A DNA stretch of 64,000 bases from Malacoraja senta. Its lineage: Eukaryota. Numbering within the stretch: the stretch's first letter is position 1; every line of letters begins with the position of its first letter. The DNA is taken from contig CM075995.1 in NCBI GenBank assembly GCA_038087875.1, forward strand, positions 7,876,001 to 7,940,000, in the 5' to 3' direction. This document shows, one piece after another, positions 12,401 through 21,086 of the stretch. A model generated the notes under the pieces. That model was not told the origin of the DNA and made no database searches. It saw only the letters and a program-made list of their open reading frames with translations. The position numbers were made by a program, and so were the translations under genes.

Positions 12401-15400
12401 AGGCTAATGATACTTTGGAATAGAATGATGTAGGATGGAGTGGTTGGGAAATAATGGAATGGAATCAACAATAAAAAACAGTCTGAATTAATCCCTATTA
12501 GAAACAGACTGAAAGAAAGACTTTTAAAAACAGACAGACTTTCCTTATCATCTGATTTGAATCTGTTTTCATACCTTACCCTTCTATATCTCCCTCTCCC
12601 CTGAGTCTGAAGAAGTGTCTCAACCCGAAACATCATCTATTCCTTCTCTCCAGAGATGCTGCTGTCCCGCTGAGTTACTCCAGCATTTCATGTCTAACTT
12701 CAGACATAAATACAGACAGACCCTATTAGAAACAGACTGAATGACAGACTTTAGTTTAGTTTAGAGAAACGGGCCCTTCGGCCCACCAAGTCCACGCCGA
12801 CCAGCGATCCCCATACACTAATACTATCTTACATGCTAGGGACAATTTAAAACTTTACCAAACCAATTAGCCTACAAACCTGCACGTCTTTGGAGTGTGG
12901 GAGGAAACCAGAGCACCCGGAAAAACCCACGCAGGTCACAGGGAGAATGTTCAAACTCCGTATAGGCAGCACCCGTAGACAGGATCGAACCAGGGCCTCT
13001 TGCGCTGTAGGCAGCAACTCTAGCATTGCGCCACATAGAAACAGACAGTATGAATCCCTATTAGTTTTTTATTTCTACAGTTATATATTATAAACAAATG
13101 GATAAGAGTTTGGAGAATAACTATGTGGATCAATTATTCTATTTAGCATAAAATATTAATGCCCTTTTGAACATTACTACTCACAAAAATTACATTTCAT
13201 CAATGCATGACAGCACATTGCATATTATTATATATTCGGCTTACACCCCAGCGGTATGAACATTGACTTCTCTAACTTCAAGTAACTCTTGCTTTCCCTT
13301 TCTCTCCATCCCCTCCCCCTTCCCAGTTTTCCGACCAGTTTGACCGTCTCCGACTATATTTTATCTCCGATGCTTTGTTGTTACCTTTTCCCAGCTAACA
13401 ATGATCTATTCTACATTTTCCTTGAACACCACCCCCTTTGTCCTGTTTTCACACCTTACACTTCCTTATCTATGTATCTCCCTCTCCCCTAACGTCAGTC
13501 TGAAGAAGGGTCTCAACCCAAAACATCACCCATTCCTTCTCTCCAGAGACGCTGCCTGTCCCACTGAGATACTCCAGCATTTTGTGTCCAGTGCATCCTC
13601 AATATATTCTCACTATCAAGTGCCCAGTAGAGTACAAATCACTGGCATTAAAACAGTCTGAATTCTTTCCATTCCTTGCATTATACCTCTGGATAGAACA
13701 AAGAAAATAAAGATGCCCTTACTTTGGATATCTCCACTTTCTCATCATATACCTTCCGGGCTGACTTCACTGCTGTTCAGCATATCTGTGATTGCTTTAT
13801 AAAGGACTTTGTTCAGTGCCCGCATTCGGATTGTGTCCTCCTTTTTTACCCTGTGTTGAGGTTTCAACATATTCTCCAAACTCGAGGGCTTGTAAAGCTG
13901 CATGAAAACAGCAAACGGTACAGAGCAAATGTAGTCTCAGTTTAGTTTATGGTCGCGTGTACCGAGGTACAGTGAAAAGCTTTTGTTGCGTGCGCACAAT
14001 TTCAAGTGTGTCTCGTAATTTTGTCCAGAGTAAATGAGGTGCCGGACCACCAGCTGCTAGAAAATCGGTGGTGGACCTGTAATTCTAATTGGGCTTAACA
14101 TCCTCTAATGTTACACCTTGGACGGTGGGGAATGTTCTGAATCTTCGGTATCAGGGGGCAGTAGATCAAAGATCCTTCGCAGATCTGCAAATGATCAAGG
14201 CAGACTTTCTGTGATGCATTACTGCTCTTGGTTGAAAAGTAACTTTGCAGTTATTTGGATTTTTATGTCCCCAGGCTACAATATCCAGATTACGTGTCAG
14301 GGCCAGAATTTGGTTTTAGTTTTTTTTAAATTTAGAGATACCGCGCGGAAACAGGCCCTTCAGCCCGCACCGACCCTGATCCCCGCACATTAACACTATC
14401 CCACACACACTAGGGACAATTTAACATTTTATACCAAACCAATTAACCTACAAACCTGTACATCTTCGGATTGTGAGAGGAAACGGAAGATCTCAGAGAA
14501 AACCCACGCAGGTCACGGGGAGGACGTATGAACTCTGTACAGACAGCAAAGTCAATGCTAGCATTTATTTCAAGAGGGCTTGTATACAAAAACAGGGATA
14601 TAATGCTGAGACTCTATGGTGGCGCAACGGTAGAATTGCTGCCTTACTGCGCCAGAGACCCGGTTTTGATCCTGACCACGGGTGCTGTCTGTACGGAGTT
14701 TTACGTTCTCCCCGTGACCAGCGTGGGTTTACTCTGAGATCTTCGGCTTCCACCCACAATCCAAAGACGTACAGGTTTGTACGATAAATGGCTTGGTATA
14801 AATGTAAATTGTCCCTAGTATGTGTAGGATGGTGTTAATGCGCGGGGATCGCTGGTCGGCATGGACTCCGTGGGCCGAAGAGCCTGTTTCGGCACTGTCT
14901 CTCAAATTTTTTTTTTTTCCTAATGTTTATTTTATTAGAAGCAATTGTACAAGAATAAAGCAATCGGCATAACAATTATACAATTTTCGTACATTTATTT
15001 TTAACATTTTATAAACTGATAAATGAATCAGGAAAAAAAAAGTAAAAAGGAAAGAATTAAGAAAAAGAAGATACATAAAAGAGAAAAAAGACACCTGAAC
15101 TGGCAAAGAAATGAGAGGGAAAAAAAGAGAAAAGAAAAAACGGAGATATGTCCCACTACCCTTCCCTTCCACCCCCCCCCCCCCCACCCCCGCTCACCCA
15201 TCCCAAGCATCGGCGTTACTATCTCTCTAAATCTATGATTTAAGATCTGACAAGTATCAAGGAGACTATTGTGTTAAAGAAGGAACTGCAGATGCTGGAA
15301 AATCGAAGGTACACAAAAATGCTGGAGAAACTCAGCGGGTGCAGCAGCATCTATGGAGTGAAGGAAATAGGCAACGTTTCGGGCCGAAACGCTTCTTCAG

Positions 15401-18400
15401 ACTGAAGAAGGGTTTCGGCCCGAAACGTTGCCTATTTCCTTCGCTCCATAGATGCTGCTGCACCCGCTGAGTTTCTCCAGCATTTTTGTGTACCTTCAAG
15501 GAGACTATTCACTGCTCCAGAAACCATGTACATTCCATTTAATCCATTAACAAGTTTCTTGCACAAATTAGCAAAGACCAGGACTATTTATTTTGGCAAG
15601 AAAAAACGTCAGCTATTTCTTAATTCTGTTCTTACCAGTTGTGATCCCAGTGTAGGACTATCATACCAAAACTTCTTCCTGTGTGGAAACAGAAAAAAAC
15701 AGGTTGTTGTACAATTTTTGCTGAAGTACAGTTTTAGGTTGTGGTTACACTAATCCGTGACAATGAATTATCAATAACAATTAGTGCCAGTAAATTTACC
15801 GACAGCCCTCCCCTGTTCCGCCTCTTCTCCATCACCAAGCACAACCCTGTCATTGAAATCTTTCACAAAGTTGCACATCTCCTACAAGATCTGGATAGAC
15901 AAGAGAGCACAGAAATGTGCTCTTTTAGCACTGCAGGTCTGTGCCAGCCCATCAAACACCCACTCACACTTAATCCTACTTCCATATTCCCATCAATTCC
16001 TTTAGAAAGGAGACGAGGAGGATTTTTTTTGGCCAGACGGTGAATTCATTGTTATGTTATAAACACAGCTGTAATTTCTACATGGTGAAACTCAAAATTA
16101 TAAAAATGGCCTTTATTAAAATCTGACAATGTGCACTTTGACCACGTGTTTTTTTTCTCTATTACAAATCACAAATTGTGGAGTACAGAGGCAAATAAAT
16201 AAATGATGGGTCTTTGTCCAAAACATTATGGAGGGCACTGAAGATGGATGTGGAGGCCAAGTCATTTGGTATTTTTAAAGTGGAGATTGATAGATCAGCC
16301 ATGGTTGAATGGCGGAGACGACTTGATGGGCCGAATGGCCTAATACTGCTTCTATCTCTAATGATCTTACGATCCAGCCCCTGTCCATCTTAAGATCCAA
16401 CCTCCCCACAGATACTGCTAGACCCGCTGTGATCCTCCAGCACTGTGTGTTTTGTTTTGGACTCCAGCACCTGCAGTTTCTCTATATTTATACATATATG
16501 TGTGTGTGCGTGTGCATGTGCGAGTGTGTGTGTGAACTTGAAGTTTCTTTATCTAAGATTCCAAAGTCTGCTTCTGTATGGCTACTGGGTGATTTTAATC
16601 TCCCTGATGTAAACTGGTCCAGCAATTCTCTTCGTACTGGAGGAAGAAATACCGCATGTAGCAAGATTATGTTGGATTTGGCCAATGATTTCAACCTCAC
16701 CCAAATGGTTGATAAGCCCACTAGAGACAGAAATATACTTGACATGTGTTTTGTCAGCCATCCCTCCTTTGTATGTGATGTGACATCTGGCATAAGCGAC
16801 CATGATGCTATTATTGTCCAAGCCAAGATGACAGCCAAAGCAGTTAGACCACAGAGAAGGAAGATTTTCCTCTACAAAAAGGCAGATTTCCCTTCCATAG
16901 ATGAACACATATCAGAATTTAATGAGAAATTAACAGGAGAATATGTGGCAGCAACAGACATGTGTTTAGATTTTAAACAAGGTCTTGTCGGGGCCATGGA
17001 CCGTTTTATTCCGTCAAAAATGTGTTCCACCAGATATAATTTACCGTGGGTAAATTCATCAATTAGGCGTGCAATTGGGGAAAAAACAAAGGCTTTATAA
17101 CAGAGCAAGAAAATCTGGGTCAACTTCCGCATGGACAGATTTTAAGAAATGCTGGCGTTCAATTGACAGACAAATCAGGAAAGCGCATCAAGAATACATC
17201 CATGATGTGATAGGGGAAAGATTAAAATCAGAAGACACAAAGCCTTTCTGGAATTACATCAAGAAAATGAGCCAGGAAGTATTTGGAATCTCAAGCCTTA
17301 CATGGCAGCAGACAAGGCCGAAGTGTTAAACCAGCAGTTTTGTTCGGTTTTTACTGAAGATTAATTCATGTCATTGAACTCACAACAAACTCCAAAAATT
17401 GCAGATCTTAAGGTAACAACGAACGGGGTGCAGAAATTATTGGAAGAAATAAAACTAAAGAAGGCATCAGGGCCAGACCAGATACCAGCCAGAGTTTTAA
17501 AGAATTGTTCAGCAAGCTTAGCTCCAGTCCTCCAAAAGATTTTTCAGAAGTCTGTGGTTTGTGGAGAACTCCCAGAAGATTGGTTGAATGCTAACATTGT
17601 CCCCATCTATAAAAAAGGAGATATTGTAGCGGCACCTGCTGGCGCGCGCCAATATCGAACCCACCGGTCGGAAGCCACGGGCACGTGACCCGGGAGGGGT
17701 CGGGGTTTTCGCGCGGTTTTGCTTTTCCCGTGACAGTTGTTCGACGACCACCGTTGTGGCCAGTCGCGTGTGTTGGACTTGTAGTGTCAGAGAACAAGTT
17801 TCGTAATAAACATTGTTCAAAGAAACTGATCGTTGTCTCTTCACCGCTAAATTGGATAAATCCTGCAAATTATCGCCCAGTTCCACTGACCTCCATACCA
17901 TGCAAGATTCTCGAACATATAATCCACCGACATATTATGGACCTTTTCCAGAAGGTAATTCCAGAAATGACAAGGTACTAACAAACCACCAACATGGCTT
18001 TAGACAGGGTCGATCATGTGAAACCCAACTGGCGGGACTCATCGATGATCTAGCCAGGTCAGACTGACCTGATTATATTAGACTTCAGTAAGGCTTTTGA
18101 TAAGGTTCCCCATAAGCGGCTCCTGTACAAGCTCAACCATGTAGGAATAGACGGCAACCTCTTAAAATGGATTGAGATCTTTTTGACAAGGAGACACCAG
18201 CGAGTTCTCTTGGAGGGAGAGACGTGTATTGAAACTTCTGTGACATCAGGTGTACCACAGAGGACTGTCATGGGGTCCATTGCTCTTCTTACTGTATATC
18301 AATGACATTCCAAATGCAGTTTCTTCCAGAGTTCGACTCTTCGCAGATGATGCCATCATTTATACAGAAATTAAAACACCAGAATTGTTGTCCTTACAGA

Positions 18401-19910
18401 AGGATCTGGATGCTCTCTGTGAGTGGGGAAAAACCTGGCAGATGTCATTCAATACAACCAAATGTCATACCATGCATGTCTCACACACGATTAAACCACT
18501 TTTATCGGAATACAACATGGGTAGCCATACATTGCTTGCTGTCGACCATCACCCATATCTAGGAGTCGAATTAAGCAAAGATTGAAGTTGGGCGACGCAT
18601 ATTAGTCAAGTGTCTAACAAAGCAAATAGAACTCAGCCTTCTCAAGAGAAATTTTCACGCATGTAGTACATCTGTCAAAGAGAATGCCTACAAGTCCTTG
18701 GTCAGGCTCAAATTGGAGTATTGTGGAGCCGTATGGGATCCTTTCAACAACAACAACAAGATCACCCTGGAGAAAGTACAACGCCGAGCAGCCCGCTTTG
18801 TATGTAATGACTACAAGCGCAAATCAAGCATGAATAATATGCTAACTTCTCTCGGATGGGATACCCTAGAGCTCCGCAGAATCAGGCTAAGACTTATTGC
18901 AATTTACAGAGATTCACAAAATCACGCCATCAAATCTCCCGTCATCCCAGAGCACCAACTGCCATGAAACAGGACAAAATAACGGTCCCTACATCATCAG
19001 CTCGCTACATTTCAATAAACTTTGCTACCAATATTCCCTTTACCCAAGGACTATAAGGGAATGGAATATGTTACCACCCAACACATGTGCTGCTCCCGAT
19101 GTTAAGTCATTTAAAAAGGGGTTTGAGCAACTAGATCTCCTCAACTTGGTCAAAAAGGCCCACCTCAAAATGTAATCACTACTCTACTCACTCCGACCTG
19201 CGCGAGATAACCACTGATGAGGTGTTTGCGCAGTAATCAACCAGAACCAGTATGTGTGTGTATCTGCGTGTGTGTGTGTGTGTGTGTGTGCACCTGCATG
19301 TGTGCACGTGTGTGTGAGCACCTGAGTGTGTCTGGGTGTGTGCACATATGTGTGTATGTCTGCATGTGTGCACGTATGTGTGTGTGCACCTGCATGTGTA
19401 CGGGTGTGTGTGCACCTGCGTGTGTCTGCATGTGTGCACGTATGTGTGTGTCTGCATGTGTGCACATATGTGTGTTTGCACCTGCGTGTGTCTGCATGTG
19501 TGCACCTGTGTGTGTGCCTGCATGTGTGCACCTGCGTGTGTGCACGGGTGTGTGTCACGTGTGTGTAGTATGTGTTTGTGTGCACCTGCGTGTGCACGTC
19601 TGTGTGTAGTATGTGTTTGTGTGCACGCGCGCGCACGTGTAAACATAGAAAAAAAGTGCAGGAGGCCGTTTGGCCCCTCGGGTCGTTGGGTATTCCCAGT
19701 CATTGGGAGGCCTTACTTTGTCTTGGAGAGGAATTTCTTGAGCGGGCTTCGTCTGTGGGCGAGCGCGGGGGCGGCGGTGTGCACGCGCGCGGCGGGGGCG
19801 GGGGCCTCGGGCACGAGCCTGGCCCTGGCCGTGACCGGGGCCCAGCGACGCAGCGCGCCCCCGAGGCCTGTGGTTATCGCCATCGCCGCCACTGTAGTAG
19901 TCGGTGCCAT
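3027..19910 (-). CDS. RBFA: Ribosome-binding factor A, mitochondrial. 7 exons: 19910-19717, 15678-15636, 13897-13723, 10400-10288, 8720-8636, 7350-7271, 3453-3027; about 371 aa once a 1-nt excess in exon 3 is corrected
   Basis: Spliced translation MAPTTT...[53 protein letters not shown]..|[14 protein letters not shown]..|[38 protein letters not shown]..|..[15 protein letters not shown] matches vertebrate RBFA motifs as recalled ([51 protein letters not shown]). All introns are GT-AG. Junction phases agree apart from the exon 3 excess base. Confidence 0.93.
4790..5560 (-). mobile_element. Penelope-like element 3' part (GIY-YIG endonuclease + pLTR)
   Basis: [46 protein letters not shown] in ORF 4988..5770. 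Confidence 0.9.
6868..7160 (+). mobile_element. tRNA-derived V-domain SINE (HE1-like)
   Basis: A box tggcacagcgg, B box ggttcgatcc, V-domain gttctccctgtgacctgcgtgggttt, CR1-like tail. Confidence 0.8.
7271..7350 (-). CDS. RBFA: RBFA exon 6 (80 nt)
   Basis: cttcctttcacag|[28 protein letters not shown]|gtaacg. Confidence 0.88.
8636..8720 (-). CDS. RBFA: RBFA exon 5 (85 nt)
   Basis: atttctag|(R)[28 protein letters not shown]|gtgggt; lies within ORF 8573..8776. Confidence 0.92.
8998..9834. mobile_element. Non-autonomous hAT (Charlie-like) DNA transposon
   Basis: TIRs CAGGGGTCGGCAACC / GGTTGCCGACCCCTG; 8-bp TSD ctctaagg / ctctacgg. Confidence 0.88.
9289..9569. mobile_element. Penelope pLTR-derived fold-back mini-element with 15-bp TSD, nested in a hAT element
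   Basis: TSD ccgatcccgacagtg at 9274-9288 and 9570-9584. Confidence 0.8.
10288..10400 (-). CDS. RBFA: RBFA exon 4 (113 nt)
   Basis: ctgttgcag|[39 protein letters not shown]|gtaagc. Confidence 0.93.
11075..11372 (-). mobile_element. HE1-like SINE
   Basis: Same consensus, reverse strand. Confidence 0.8.
11972..12305 (+). mobile_element. 3' fragment of a related RTEX/CR1-group LINE
   Basis: [19 protein letters not shown]-terminus; tail of aacaag/aaccaag repeats. Confidence 0.6.
12750..13035 (-). mobile_element. HE1-like SINE
   Basis: Same consensus, reverse strand. Confidence 0.78.
13723..13897 (-). CDS. RBFA: RBFA exon 3 (175 nt as given; one extra base near 13752-13760)
   Basis: ttttcatgcag|CTT TAC AAG CCC..; [48 protein letters not shown], then [10 protein letters not shown]|gtaag in a shifted frame. 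Confidence 0.9.
14617..14905 (+). mobile_element. HE1-like SINE, facing a minus-strand partial copy at 14330-14545
   Basis: Same consensus. Confidence 0.75.
14907..15215 (-). mobile_element. Short L1-like 3' UTR + poly(A) fragment
   Basis: poly(T) followed by tttattttattagaag, the same 3' end as the element at 31381. Confidence 0.6.
15271..15495. mobile_element. Penelope pLTR-derived fold-back mini-element with 14-bp TSD
   Basis: 96-bp inverted arms 15305-15400 and 15402-15497; TSD tcaaggagactatt at 15257-15270 and 15496-15509. Confidence 0.85.
15636..15678 (-). CDS. RBFA: RBFA exon 2 (43 nt, [14 protein letters not shown])
   Basis: ttttctgtttccacacag|G AAG AAG TTT TGG TAT...CAA CTG|gtaag. 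Confidence 0.92.
16058..16240 (+). mobile_element. Right TIR fragment of the same Tc1 family
   Basis: Matches 57620-57802 (..cattatggagggcactg). Confidence 0.8.
16535..19250 (+). mobile_element. Degenerate APE-RT non-LTR retrotransposon (RTEX / invertebrate-like CR1 group) in RBFA intron 1
   Basis: [75 protein letters not shown]; tail aaccagaaccag. Confidence 0.85.
17625..17851 (+). mobile_element. 227-bp CpG-rich solo-LTR-like insertion inside the LINE
   Basis: Interrupts KKGD|NPANYRP; ends TGTAGCGG / CCGCTA(A)A; AATAAA near the 3' end. Confidence 0.65.
19251..19642. repeat. (TG)n-derived complex microsatellite with gtgcac/catgtg subunits
   Basis: tgtgtgcacctgcatgtgtg... repeats. Confidence 0.9.
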
Positions 19911-20178
19911 GAGGCGACCAGGTGGGTTGATCCGTGGACGGGGGGGGGGGGGAGGGGGCAGCGGGCTGGCGGTGACCCAGCGCCGGCACAGACGCCACGG
20001 CTACACGGTGCGGGAGCGGAGCGGCTGCCGGTGTCGACTCGACAACAACGACTCCCTTTACCCTCCCGCCGCCTGGCGTGCGCGCTCCCGCTCCCCTTGA
20101 CGTGCGCGCCCACTCCCACGCCGTCCCCCGGGAGCGCGCGCGTCACCTGCACTGGGCTGGCCAGGAGGCGCGCTCTGC
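19640..20178. promoter_or_regulatory. CpG island / RBFA promoter and 5' region
   Basis: Very GC- and CpG-rich stretch (gcgcgc runs, TGACGT) spanning exon 1 and upstream DNA, in an otherwise CpG-poor window. Confidence 0.8.
19717..19910 (-). CDS. RBFA: RBFA exon 1 (194 nt; Arg/Ala-rich mitochondrial targeting peptide)
   Basis: ATG at 19910 with a second in-frame ATG in strong Kozak context at 19883; ends ..CTC TCC AAG ACA AA|gtaagg; lies in a CpG island. Confidence 0.88.
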
Positions 20179-20179
20179 A

Positions 20180-20836
20180 AACACAAACACTCTCACACTG
20201 CATGGAGACAGCAAACGGTGCAAGCTTCAGCCAAACACTCTCTCCACACTGCATGGAGACAGCAAACGGTGCAAGCTTCAGCCAAACACACGCTCACACT
20301 GCATGGAGACTCCACACGGTGCAAGCTTCAGCCAAACACTCTCTCCACACTGCATGGAGACTCCACACGGTGCAAGCTTCAGCCAAACACACGCTCACAC
20401 TGCATGGAGACTCCACACGGTGCAAGCTTCAGCCAAACACTCTCTCCACACTGCATGGAGACTCCACACGGTGCAAGCTTCAGCCAAAACACTCTCCACA
20501 CTGCATGGAGACTGCAAACGGTGCAAGCTTCAGCCAAACACTCTCACACTGCATGGAGACAGCAAACGGTGCAAGCTTCAGCCAAACACTCTCTCACACT
20601 GCATGGAGACTCCACACGGTGCAAGCTTCAGCTAAACACACGCTCACACTGCATGGAGACTGCAAACGGTGCAAGCTTCAGCCAAACACTCTCTCCACAC
20701 TGCATGGAGACTCCACACGGTGCAAGCTTCAGCCAAACACTCTCTCCACACTGCATGGAGACTCCACACGGTGCAAGCTTCAGCCAAACACTCTCCACAC
20801 GTGCATGGAGACTCCACACGGTGCAAGCTTCAGCTA
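20180..20836. repeat. About 51-bp minisatellite (roughly 13 copies) just upstream of the RBFA promoter; one orphan copy at 21413-21478
   Basis: Unit cacactgcatggagactccacacggtgcaagcttcagccaaacactctctc. Confidence 0.95.
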
Positions 20837-20894
20837 AGCAAGAGTCAAGAGTGTTTTATTGTCATATGTCCCAGACGGGACAATGAAATTCTTA

Positions 20895-21086
20895 GGTAGA
20901 CAAAAGTGTTGGAGAAACTCAGCGGGAGCGGCAGCATCTATGGAGCGAAGGAAATAGGCAACGTTTCGGACCGAAACCCTTCTTCGTTGCCTATTTCCTT
21001 CGCTCCATAGATGCTGCCGCACCCGCTGAGTTTCTCCAACACTTTTGTCTGCCTTCGATTTTCCAGCATCTGCAGTTCCTTCTTAA
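20895..21086. mobile_element. Penelope pLTR-derived fold-back mini-element with 15-bp TSD
   Basis: TSD acaatgaaattctta at 20880-20894 and 21087-21101; inverted arms. Confidence 0.82.

Noticed and set aside
20180..20836. CRISPR-like array
   Set aside because: Units are contiguous tandem copies with no unique spacers, the context is eukaryotic and there are no cas genes.
19184..20899. Multiple long His/Thr/Cys-rich ORFs (up to 421 aa)
   Set aside because: Artefacts of the (TG)n repeat, the GC-rich island and the 51-bp VNTR. Only the RBFA exon 1 frame has homology and a splice donor.
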